35,025 nucleotides of DNA from a virus. Lineage: Duplodnaviria > Caudoviricetes. Each line of letters opens with the position of its first letter. Position 1 is the stretch's first letter. The notes beneath the pieces were generated by a model that was not told the DNA's origin, ran no database searches, and worked only from the letters and a program-made list of their open reading frames with translations. The DNA lies in the IMG/VR virus record IMGVR_UViG_3300046095_000082, positions 1-35,025 of that record; one strand, written 5' to 3'. Position numbers and translations under genes: made by a program. Positions 1 to 7,227 of this stretch are shown here, in pieces.

Positions 1-7
1 CTCAAAA

Positions 8-14
8 GGGACCC
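8..14 (-). promoter_or_regulatory. cosQ-like packaging termination element
   Basis: Minus strand reads CGC-GGGTCCC-TTTT, close to lambda cosQ (GGGTCCT). It lies at the window end that would circularly join the small terminase gene. Confidence 0.45.
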
Positions 15-43
15 GCGTTTTTCTGTGGTGTAGAAACAACACA

Positions 44-718
44 TCATCGCGCAGTCTTCAGTGCATAGGCCCACGCATCGCGCAGGTTCCGTTCGAACTG
101 TGCGCTGACTACCTTGCCGCCGATGGATGTCATGTCGAAGCGCTTTTTGTACTGTGGCTGCTGTGCAAAGACCATCAGTGCTTCGATGCGTTTGTTGTTG
201 TTGACGCGGGCGTAGATGCCTGGGCTGCGGCCTGATCCTTTGGGCTGGCCAATGAAGTACCGACCAGCCTTGCCGCTGGTGTTCAGGTCTGCGGTGATAC
301 GCTTGATCTGCGCAAGGCTCACACCGCCGAAGCTGTCGCGCTTGATGTTGCCTGTGGGCACCAATGCTTGGGCATTCACACCGCTGACCTTGCTGGCCAT
401 GGCCTCGAACTTCTTTTCGAATCCCTTGATGCGTCGGCCACCGCCTTGCACGCCGAACTTCAGGTAGCGCGCCTGCTTGTCTTTGGCGAACACGAACGCC
501 GTCAGGTTGCGGCGCTCAGCTTTCTGAAACACGAACGCGCTGCGTGTGAACGCATTGGGCCTGTCGAACGATGTGGTCGTGGCTGTGTTCATTTCCTTGC
601 GCACCGCCATGGCTGTGTTGGTCAGCGCTTTGGCAATGGCGAATGGGGCCTGCCTACTGGTGAACTGCTCCAGCTTTGGCAGTATGGCCTTGATGTTGGA
701 TTCGACTGTGATCTGCAT
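44..718 (-). CDS. gpZ/HK97-gp10-like tail-completion (neck) protein
   Basis: 224 aa basic protein with 'QAPFAIAKALTNTA...FDRPNAFT' and 'YKKRFDM', a pattern typical of gpZ-like genes located just before cos/terminase. Confidence 0.6.
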   Translation of the reverse strand: MQITVESNIKAILPKLEQFTSRQAPFAIAKALTNTAMAVRKEMNTATTTSFDRPNAFTRSAFVFQKAERRNLTAFVFAKDKQARYLKFGVQGGGRRIKGFEKKFEAMASKVSGVNAQALVPTGNIKRDSFGGVSLAQIKRITADLNTSGKAGRYFIGQPKGSGRSPGIYARVNNNKRIEALMVFAQQPQYKKRFDMTSIGGKVVSAQFERNLRDAWAYALKTAR

Positions 719-771
719 GGTTTGAATGATAGCGCCAGGTTGGAATTGGCGCTTATGTGTTTTCCGTGAAT

Positions 772-787
772 GTTAGTGACCACTGAC
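772..787. promoter_or_regulatory. Palindromic site GTTAGTG-AC-CACTGAC
   Basis: 16-bp imperfect palindrome; a related copy lies at 30553-30568. Confidence 0.4.
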
Positions 788-795
788 TTAGTGTC

Positions 796-995
796 GGGGG
801 TCATAGGGGGTCATGGGGTCGTTGATTTCCTTACGTGTGACGTGCTTTCGCGTATTGGCATTTCCTTCTTATATCCTTCATATATATATAGTGACCCCAT
901 ATGACCCCAAGTGGCCAGAAGCCAATAAACATGCGGGTTTGATGGGGGGTCATGGGGTGGGGTCACTATTGGCATTGAACGAATAAGTGACCCCC
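796..995. repeat. Putative replication origin: GGGGTC(A) iterons around an AT-rich core
   Basis: About 8 copies of GGGGTC(A)/TGACCCC in both orientations (797, 807, 815, 892, 902, 946, 959, 988) flank a (TA)n tract at ~870-890, directly downstream of the primase-helicase. Confidence 0.7.
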
Positions 996-1001
996 AAACC
1001 A

Positions 1002-3254
1002 TCAGAACGGCTGGTCACGATCTCCGATCTTGGGTGGCACCAGCACGCGACGAACTCCGTGGGTTTTCTTGGCTGCACCTGCGTTCAGCTTCCTGATAAT
1101 GTGGCCAGCCGTGTTCAGCTGGTTGCGTTCTGGTCGTTCGATGCCGACTTCGATCAGCACGTCCAGCACGGTCACCCATCGCCAGATGGCGTTCGGTGCC
1201 TGCCAGTCCAGTCGTGACATCAGCCGGTCTTCGATTGGGTCGCGCACCTCGAATTCCGTGTTGCTGTCGTTCAGCTTGGCCATCTCGTCCGGTTGCAGGA
1301 ACCAGGTTTCGCCCATGACATACATGTGGTGGAACTCGGCCCAGACCTGCTGCATGTTCAGGTTGTGGCTGTGGTCGATGTGTTCGCACTCGATGGTCCA
1401 GTAGCGTCGGTTGCCGGTGATGTCGTGCAGGAACTCGCGCGGGTTCACGCTGGCGAAGAACACGGTGCGGCGTCCATATTCCGATTCGCGCTTGGCGTAG
1501 GCTCTGCGCAGCACGTCACGGTCACGGGTCAGAAACGACTTCAAGGCTGCGATGTCTGACTTGCGGAACGTGGCATCCAGTTCGCCCAGCTCCACCAGCC
1601 AGAAGCTGCATGCCTGCTTCACGCTGTCCTTGTCGTCTGGTCGCAGGATCCAGCCGTCCTGGGCCAGCCTGGTGCTGTCAGGCACCAGTGTCTTGAACCA
1701 CTTGGTCTTACCCAGGTACTGGTCACCCTGAAGCACCAGCACACCATGGGCGCTGACGCCTTCAGGCCGGAAGGCTGCCGCGATGGCGCTGATCATCCAG
1801 CGCTTCATCAGAGTTTCCTTCAGGGTCTGGTCCTGGCCCTTGGCTGTCACCGTGTCGTAGAACGCCTTGGCACGGCTGATGCCGTCCCAGGGTTGGCTGG
1901 TGACGTAGTTGATCGCTGGGTTGTACAGGTTCTGATCAGCCAGGAACGTCACGAAGTCACCGATCTGGCCGGTTGGGTAGTTGAACTTGGCGCACTGCGA
2001 TGACAGCCATGCCAGGCTGGCGTTGGCTTTGTTGTCGACGCTGAAGTTGACGCCTGGGATCAGGATCTCGTCGTCCTTGCGGATCACGTCATAGCGCACG
2101 GTGACACCAAGGCGCTGGCAGATTTCGTGCAGGTTCTCGATGGTTGCCAGCGGCTTCCCGCGTGACCCAACATATGGCAGTGGTGCCAGATCCAGCACCG
2201 CGTTGTCGTTGGCTGGCTCGATGATCTCGCCCGTGTCCTGGTCGATGATAGATGCTGGTGCGCGCTGTGTGGAAATCTGCTGCGATGGCGGCTGGCGCTT
2301 CATGCCAAGCTGCTCTGCTGCGTCCTTGGCCGCCTTCTTCATGTCACCACCGTGGTCGTAGTATGCGAACAGGTCGAACGGTCCGACAGGGTGGCCACTT
2401 TCGTCGCTGCACAACGGGTCACTGGCGTGGTGGATGAAGCACTTGTTCGCTTCTGGCCAAACGATGACACCTGGCAGCCCTGTGCCACTATGTGGCGACA
2501 GGTAGCGCTTACCCTGGCGTTTGTAGCCGTAGCGCGCCAGTATGGCTTCGATGTCGTTGGCTGCGTTGTAGGCGTCGATCACGCTTTCGCCTGTGTGCGG
2601 CTGCGAAGGCGCGCGTGGTGCTGGTGGTGTGCGCTTTGGCGTCCATGGGCAGACTGCCTTGAACTGCGGCTTCAGTGCGTCCCAGTGTGCCCACATCTTC
2701 AGCAGGAAGTCTGGCGGTTCTGGGAACCCATCGGCAGGCTTTGGACGTGTAAGCCAGATGTAGGGCTGCTGGGTCACTGGGTGGATGGATGGCGGCAGGA
2801 CGTCCTGGCGCTGCTTCTCGACAGCTGCGCGGATCTCCCACACCGTAAAGTTTCCGGTCTGGCCGTCAGGCTTTGGCCAGGTCAGCGAATGGTATGGCAG
2901 GGCCATGCCATCCGGCACGCGAAACATGACGCGGAACCCGTCCGGTGATCCCTGGATGGTTGGGTACTTGTCGCGCAGCTCGTCCAGATTCCAGCCGAAT
3001 TCCTCGAAGATCTGGCGCGTGGCGTTGATGTCGTCCACGTCGAAGCTGCACAGCCTGGACGGACCAAGTGCTGCGCCGATATTCCAGTCTGGGTGCTGCT
3101 CAAAATAAGCACGGGCGACAGCTGCGTCCGTGATGACGTCGTTGCCCCAGTTCTCTGTCAGTGGGCGCTTTGTTCTGGGTGGCAGCGGCACCAGTGCGAA
3201 GTTGAACTGGTTGATGTAGCTGGCTGCGTAGTCTGCGGTTGTAGGCTGGATCAT
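1002..3254 (-). CDS. Bifunctional primase/polymerase fused to VirE/VapE-type P-loop helicase
   Basis: N-terminal Prim-Pol motifs (PPRTKRP, NIGAALG, FDVDD). C-terminal Walker A GDQYLGKT, VELGEL, RRAYA, DITGNRRYW. Start 3254 overlaps the upstream stop (TGATG). Confidence 0.9.
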   Translation of the reverse strand: MIQPTTADYAASYINQFNFALVPLPPRTKRPLTENWGNDVITDAAVARAYFEQHPDWNIGAALGPSRLCSFDVDDINATRQIFEEFGWNLDELRDKYPTIQGSPDGFRVMFRVPDGMALPYHSLTWPKPDGQTGNFTVWEIRAAVEKQRQDVLPPSIHPVTQQPYIWLTRPKPADGFPEPPDFLLKMWAHWDALKPQFKAVCPWTPKRTPPAPRAPSQPHTGESVIDAYNAANDIEAILARYGYKRQGKRYLSPHSGTGLPGVIVWPEANKCFIHHASDPLCSDESGHPVGPFDLFAYYDHGGDMKKAAKDAAEQLGMKRQPPSQQISTQRAPASIIDQDTGEIIEPANDNAVLDLAPLPYVGSRGKPLATIENLHEICQRLGVTVRYDVIRKDDEILIPGVNFSVDNKANASLAWLSSQCAKFNYPTGQIGDFVTFLADQNLYNPAINYVTSQPWDGISRAKAFYDTVTAKGQDQTLKETLMKRWMISAIAAAFRPEGVSAHGVLVLQGDQYLGKTKWFKTLVPDSTRLAQDGWILRPDDKDSVKQACSFWLVELGELDATFRKSDIAALKSFLTRDRDVLRRAYAKRESEYGRRTVFFASVNPREFLHDITGNRRYWTIECEHIDHSHNLNMQQVWAEFHHMYVMGETWFLQPDEMAKLNDSNTEFEVRDPIEDRLMSRLDWQAPNAIWRWVTVLDVLIEVGIERPERNQLNTAGHIIRKLNAGAAKKTHGVRRVLVPPKIGDRDQPF

Positions 3255-3508
3255 CAGAACACCCACTTGTCGCATGCGATATGTTCTTCACCGCACAGTT
3301 CCCACGCGCGCTGAAACGCCAGTGACTGCTGGATCGTCCAGTCGTGATAGAACTGGACGTTCAGCGTGCCTTTTTCGTCGTGAAGTTTGTAGACCAGCGC
3401 TGACATCTGGTCGGAAGTAAGAGAAAGAATTGCGCGTGCAATTTTCGCGGCTTTCGCAAGCCTTTCAATGCGCCACAGTTGATTGTCGTGGCAGGCTGTA
3501 ATCAGCAT
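3254..3508 (-). CDS. Hypothetical protein (84 aa)
   Basis: GAGAGGA RBS before ATG 3508; stop coupled to the primase start. Confidence 0.7.
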   Translation of the reverse strand: MLITACHDNQLWRIERLAKAAKIARAILSLTSDQMSALVYKLHDEKGTLNVQFYHDWTIQQSLAFQRAWELCGEEHIACDKWVF

Positions 3509-3520
3509 AAGTAGTCCTCT

Positions 3521-3565
3521 CACCGCATCAAGAAAACCGACCAGCTGCGGTGGGCCGCTGGTCGG
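3521..3565 (-). promoter_or_regulatory. Hairpin/terminator that can form an H-type pseudoknot next to an RBS
   Basis: Stem CCGACCAGC/GCTGGTCGG followed by TTTTCTT. Loop CACCGCA is complementary to downstream TGCGGTG, which abuts the Shine-Dalgarno. Confidence 0.6.
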
Positions 3566-3572
3566 GCGTAAA

Positions 3573-3755
3573 TCATAACTCCAAATTTCCCAGCTTCAGC
3601 AGTGACCGAATCGCCCAAGCCACTGCGCCTGGCACTTTAGTGTAGCCCTTGCGCCAGTTGACGATGGTTTGGTCACTGACACCGAAGATGCCTTCGAAGT
3701 CCCTGTTTTTCATTTTCAGCACCGCCTGTGCGCGGACAAATTCATGCGATGTCAT
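3573..3755 (-). CDS. Small XRE/Cro-like HTH DNA-binding protein
   Basis: 'FEGIFGVSDQTIVNWRKG...VP' HTH pattern; ATGA coupling to the upstream ORF. Confidence 0.75.
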   Translation of the reverse strand: MTSHEFVRAQAVLKMKNRDFEGIFGVSDQTIVNWRKGYTKVPGAVAWAIRSLLKLGNLEL

Positions 3756-3961
3756 TTGCATGCGGTGCCTCTTGCGCGGATGTCGGCGGCGATGACGTCG
3801 GCAAAGGTTTCGCACATGGGGATGTGGTACTGGTCCGCCACCTTTGCGCACGCCTCGCGCTCGTCACGCTGGCCCAGCTCGTAGCAGTTCAGCGCCAGGT
3901 GCAGGGTGTTGTCGTTGGCGCCGGCCGCCTTCAGGTCGGTGATCAGTTCTTGCAGTGTCAT
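3752..3961 (-). CDS. Hypothetical phage protein (EREACAKV type)
   Basis: 69 aa, ATGA-coupled at both ends; 'EREACAKVAD...IRARG' motif common in small early phage proteins. Confidence 0.7.
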   Translation of the reverse strand: MTLQELITDLKAAGANDNTLHLALNCYELGQRDEREACAKVADQYHIPMCETFADVIAADIRARGTACK

Positions 3962-4062
3962 TCGTTGCCCCTCAAACAATAAGCCGCCACTGCCAGCAGC
4001 ACTGCGACGGTGACGGCACCGCTGGCCATCACGACGCCGATCATGGTGAATAAACTGGTCAT
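3958..4062 (-). CDS. Small membrane peptide (34 aa)
   Basis: MTSLFTMIGVVMASGAVTVAVLLAVAAYCLRGNE; ATGA overlaps at both ends. Confidence 0.6.
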   Translation of the reverse strand: MTSLFTMIGVVMASGAVTVAVLLAVAAYCLRGNE

Positions 4063-4259
4063 GCTTGCCCCTTGCGCAGCTTGGGCAACGGCGCCCAGTG
4101 CGTATAAAAATTCTCTTTGCCATTGAACTGGCCGTAAAGCGCCACGCCACCGCGACCCAGCAGCTGGACCTTGACGCCACGTGGGCATGTGTCGATTGGC
4201 TGCCAGAAATAGTTGTGATCGACGGCTGCTGCGCCGGTGCTGTCTAGTTGGGTGGTCAT
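4059..4259 (-). CDS. Hypothetical phage protein
   Basis: 66 aa with 'WQPIDTCP' and 'THWAPLP' motifs; coupled overlaps. Confidence 0.75.
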   Translation of the reverse strand: MTTQLDSTGAAAVDHNYFWQPIDTCPRGVKVQLLGRGGVALYGQFNGKENFYTHWAPLPKLRKGQA

Positions 4260-4441
4260 TTCCCAGCCCTCTTTCGTTGCATTGCCGCGATCTGTTCCCG
4301 CGCTTCACGGAAGTAGTCGACCTCGCTGATTGGTTGCAGCTTGGCGTATGTGACCGGCCTTGGTCGTTTTATGCGGATGCGTTTTGGCCGTGGTGTGCTG
4401 GGTGCTGGCCATGCTGCTGTTGGTACGATGATGGTCTTCAT
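4256..4441 (-). CDS. Hypothetical basic protein (61 aa)
   Basis: MKTIIVPTAAWP...; ATGA overlaps at both ends. Confidence 0.6.
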   Translation of the reverse strand: MKTIIVPTAAWPAPSTPRPKRIRIKRPRPVTYAKLQPISEVDYFREAREQIAAMQRKRAGK

Positions 4442-4665
4442 GGCTCGTCGTCCTTCTCGACAGGCTCGACGCCGCTGCCGTGGCATTTGCGACAGCTAGA
4501 ACCGTCGTACATTCCTTCGCCGGATCCGCTGCATCCAGTGCAGATCTCGTCTTCGTCGTCTTCGTCAGGCTCCACTGGTGCGCGCCCGAACGTACGTTCC
4601 CAGGCGTCGTCGGTGATGGTGCCTGGTCTGCGTGCGGAACCTTTGCCGCCGTCTGAATGTGTCAT
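4438..4665 (-). CDS. Small protein with DnaJ-type CxxCxGxG zinc finger
   Basis: CTGCSGSG and CRKCHGSG repeats after an acidic stretch; GAGG RBS. Confidence 0.7.
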   Translation of the reverse strand: MTHSDGGKGSARRPGTITDDAWERTFGRAPVEPDEDDEDEICTGCSGSGEGMYDGSSCRKCHGSGVEPVEKDDEP

Positions 4666-5126
4666 ATTTTCCTCGCTCCCCCAGATTTCACGATGTTGGC
4701 CACCTTCTTGATGGCGGTTTCCAGTTGTTTGACGTTCACGGCTTCCAGCTGCGCGTCGTGGATCTCCATGCCCCAGTTGATCGCTGTCAGCTCTGGGCCG
4801 TTGCAGATGAACTTGTCGCCAAGCTCGACGCCGCGTGCGGCCATGGTCTTTAGCGCATCCTGGCTTTCGCGGATCTGCGCTCGGTAGGCTTCGCCCACGT
4901 TTTGCATGGTCAGCGCTTCGGCCATGTTCAGGGCGGCCACCACGGTGTCGATGTCGCCGCGCGTGCCTTTGCCTTGGGCGATGGACGCCAGCGCGTCGTG
5001 GTTTCGGATGCGCAGGATCACCAGCGCGTCGTCGATCTCGGCCAGTGGCTTCAGGCCGACGCTGACGTGCGCCATGGTGTCCATGATCACGCCGCGTGGT
5101 CGGTACTTGCTGCGCTTGCGGGTCAC
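4662..5126 (-). CDS. Conserved hypothetical phage protein (154 aa)
   Basis: GTG start overlapping the upstream TGA; MTRKRSKYRPRG N-terminus, helical body. Confidence 0.7.
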   Translation of the reverse strand: MTRKRSKYRPRGVIMDTMAHVSVGLKPLAEIDDALVILRIRNHDALASIAQGKGTRGDIDTVVAALNMAEALTMQNVGEAYRAQIRESQDALKTMAARGVELGDKFICNGPELTAINWGMEIHDAQLEAVNVKQLETAIKKVANIVKSGGARKI

Positions 5127-5320
5127 TTCGCCCCCGCCTTGCTGAAGTAATAGAACGCCTTGGGTTCCAGGCTGCGGTCGTCCACCATGGACATCTGCAC
5201 GCCGTCTTTGCGTTTCTTGTTGACCACGCCAGACTGTCTGCGTGCGTTGATGGCGTCGCGGTCCATGCCTTTGGTGTCGATCTTGAAGATCGGGTTTTTG
5301 ATGTCGAATGCGTTGGTCAT
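5123..5320 (-). CDS. Hypothetical protein (65 aa)
   Basis: Coupled overlaps at both ends. Confidence 0.65.
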   Translation of the reverse strand: MTNAFDIKNPIFKIDTKGMDRDAINARRQSGVVNKKRKDGVQMSMVDDRSLEPKAFYYFSKAGAK

Positions 5321-5406
5321 AGTGGTGCGTCGTCAAAGTTGTTTGGATTGAACCGTGGCGGCTTGCCACCGGCTTGGATTGGTTGCGCTGGGAATGGCCA
5401 CGTCAT
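5317..5406 (-). CDS. Micro-protein (29 aa) not in the ORF track
   Basis: MTWPFPAQPIQAGGKPPRFNPNNFDDAPL fills the gap exactly, with ATGA overlaps at both ends. Confidence 0.65.
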   Translation of the reverse strand: MTWPFPAQPIQAGGKPPRFNPNNFDDAPL

Positions 5407-5603
5407 TGCGCACCGCCTTCGTGGCGCTTGCGCTCGGCCTTGGTGCCGGCAGTGAAGCCCGACAGCACGCCGGCGCAGGCTGCGTCTTTCAGCATGCGCG
5501 CCAGGTGTTGTTTGTTGATCATGTGGCTGGTTTCTTGCGCCAGCAGCTTGGCGACGATGAAGTCAATGTCAGCGCGCAGGTTCAGGTCTGTGATGCCAGT
5601 CAT
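5403..5603 (-). CDS. Hypothetical protein (66 aa)
   Basis: MTGITDLNLRADIDF...; starts 2 nt after the upstream stop. Confidence 0.6.
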   Translation of the reverse strand: MTGITDLNLRADIDFIVAKLLAQETSHMINKQHLARMLKDAACAGVLSGFTAGTKAERKRHEGGAQ

Positions 5604-5605
5604 GA

Positions 5606-5806
5606 TCAGCCCCAGATCAAGTGGACCAAGAAACCGGCAGCAAAGGCCAGCACCATGTGGACCCAGTATTCTGCCTGCGCTGACGCGTCTGATCGGCCGC
5701 CTTCCATCCATTCCCAGCGCTGACGTGATTCGATAGCCTCGACCGTGTTTGGGTAGGCTTCTTGCATCGTGCGTGGGTATTTGCGGGTGGTGGTGTTGAT
5801 GTTCAT
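5606..5806 (-). CDS. Hypothetical protein with C-terminal TM helix
   Basis: AAAGGA RBS; 'TRKYPRTMQEAY' motif; hydrophobic C-terminus. Confidence 0.75.
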   Translation of the reverse strand: MNINTTTRKYPRTMQEAYPNTVEAIESRQRWEWMEGGRSDASAQAEYWVHMVLAFAAGFLVHLIWG

Positions 5807-5849
5807 GTTGCGGTCCTTTCGTTGTTGGCCAGCGATGTGCTGTCCATGA

Positions 5850-5900
5850 CCGCAATTATGCCAAATATTTTGGGTATTTAATCAGTATTAACCCGTATTT
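5850..5900 (-). promoter_or_regulatory. Putative internal early promoter/operator
   Basis: AT-rich gap with TGGCATAAT (-10-like) and the imperfect palindrome GGGTTAATACTGATTAAATACCC. Confidence 0.45.
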
Positions 5901-6243
5901 GTTGCGTAATTGCAACGGCATCATTAGGTGATCTTGCAATTCCTGCCATTCCACCGGCCTTCAATACTTGCGCGATGAAGTTGACCTGGTGTTCGGTTGG
6001 CCTGCCGTTGGCCGTCTTTACTTCGCAGGCGGTGAACACGGCCACTTTGCGCCCAACCATGTCAGGCGTGATCACCACGGGCGTCCAGCCGATCAGATCG
6101 CTGCCGCCTGGGTTGCCCACGCCGTACTGGATGAAACGGCCGGTCTTTGGGTCTTTGTAGGCGCCGACGTTGTTGCGGTGCATGACAGAACCGGCCTGCG
6201 ATAACGCAAGCCGGATCTGCTGCTGGATGGCGGCTTCGCTCAA
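5878..6243 (-). CDS. VRR-NUC domain nuclease (Holliday junction resolvase-like)
   Basis: 'SEAAIQQQI...RNNVG...GGSDLIG...CEVKT..GRPTEHQVNF' PD-(D/E)xK VRR-NUC pattern; TTG start overlapping the upstream TGA. Confidence 0.85.
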   Translation of the reverse strand: MSEAAIQQQIRLALSQAGSVMHRNNVGAYKDPKTGRFIQYGVGNPGGSDLIGWTPVVITPDMVGRKVAVFTACEVKTANGRPTEHQVNFIAQVLKAGGMAGIARSPNDAVAITQQIRVNTD

Positions 6244-6518
6244 CGCTCGACGCCTTCCAGCCGGTCTGCCACCAGTTTGGCGTAGCCGGCAATGTCGACC
6301 CAGCTGTCTACGTAGTTCGGGTCGCCGTTCAAGATGCGGGCGATCTTGTGGGCGATCATTTCCAACGCCTCGCGCTGGTCTGGGTCCAGGTCGCAGCCGC
6401 GTTCTGCTTCGTAGACACGCATGACGGCCTTCAGTCGTTGCGCGATCTCCGCATGTCCGGTGAACGTGCCATATCGTGCGCCACGTTCTGCCAGTGTTTC
6501 GTTGATGTCTTGCGTCAT
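6240..6518 (-). CDS. DUF6378-like protein
   Basis: 'LAERGARYG...KIARILNGDPNY.DSW.DIAGYA' signature. Confidence 0.75.
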   Translation of the reverse strand: MTQDINETLAERGARYGTFTGHAEIAQRLKAVMRVYEAERGCDLDPDQREALEMIAHKIARILNGDPNYVDSWVDIAGYAKLVADRLEGVER

Positions 6519-6520
6519 GG

Positions 6521-6829
6521 TCAGAACGGAATGTCGTCGTCCATCGGCTGCTGCGCTGGCGCTGGACGCTGTGCAGGTGCCTGGCGTGGTGCTGCTGCTG
6601 GCGCTTGGCCATCAGCTGCGCGTGGCTCGAACAGCGAACAAATCACGCGGTCCTTGCCTGGTTCGCGTGGTGCGGCTGCCAGGTTCACCATGGGGTCCAA
6701 CAGGATAAACGGGCCGTTGTCGCCTTGCATGACCGCGCCGATGTTCATGTAGCGGTTTTTGGTCTGGCCTTGGTTGTCTTGGTAGCTTCCGGTTTTGACG
6801 GCGATGTCGTATTTTTTCGTGATAGCCAT
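6521..6829 (-). CDS. ssb: Single-stranded DNA-binding protein (phage type)
   Basis: Beta-rich N-terminus, Pro/Ala/Gln linker, canonical acidic tip DDDIPF; AAGGA RBS. Confidence 0.7.
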   Translation of the reverse strand: MAITKKYDIAVKTGSYQDNQGQTKNRYMNIGAVMQGDNGPFILLDPMVNLAAAPREPGKDRVICSLFEPRAADGQAPAAAPRQAPAQRPAPAQQPMDDDIPF

Positions 6830-6854
6830 GAAATGGTCCTTGATTGATTGAATA

Positions 6855-6955
6855 AAAATCCACGTCTTTCCGTGGTGTCAGCTGGCGCACGACGCGAAAG
6901 GAGATTCGACGTCACCAGCAGCCGGTGTTACGCGCCACCGCCGGCTGGGCGTTCC
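6855..6955 (-). ncRNA. Candidate three-hairpin small RNA
   Basis: SL1 CAGCCGG/CCGGCTG; SL2 GCTGG..GACG/CGTC..CCAGC with UCUCCU loop; SL3 CCACG-GAAA-GA-CGTGG followed by a U-rich tail. Confidence 0.55.
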
Positions 6956-7227
6956 CCTTTTCCAAGCTGTCGTGCGTTCCACAGGGCTGTGATTCTATTT
7001 TGAAATTCAGCCAATGCGGCCTCTCCACGGATTTCTTTGATGCCTTTGACCCATCTTCCTGTGTAGGTGTTGTTGTAGCCCCACAGATACCTGCGGCGCT
7101 GGACCAGTGGCATGGCCAGAACTGCACTTGCTTCGCATTCCTCGCGCCAATCGTTTGACCAGGTGCAGGTTTCGTGGCCGTCGTGCATCAGCACGCGCAT
7201 GTGGTTGCATTTGGGGTAACAGGTCAT
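6928..7227 (-). CDS. Hypothetical protein (99 aa)
   Basis: ATGA-coupled to the helicase stop; 'WREECEA...RRRYL...RGEAA' pattern. Confidence 0.65.
   Translation of the reverse strand: MTCYPKCNHMRVLMHDGHETCTWSNDWREECEASAVLAMPLVQRRRYLWGYNNTYTGRWVKGIKEIRGEAALAEFQNRITALWNARQLGKGERPAGGGA

Noticed and set aside
796-995. CRISPR mini-array or protein-coding ORF 811-1002
   Set aside because: Repeats are 6-8 bp, irregularly spaced and in both orientations; the ORF is low-complexity and lacks an RBS.
3528-3575. Stop-codon readthrough stimulated by the pseudoknot
   Set aside because: Readthrough of the TGA meets another in-frame TGA after 14 codons and is not in frame with the next ORF; no slippery heptamer is seen.
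5877-5892. CtrA box (TTAA-N7-TTAAC)
   Set aside because: The exact TTAA half-sites are 6 nt apart, and there is a single imperfect instance in AT-rich DNA.
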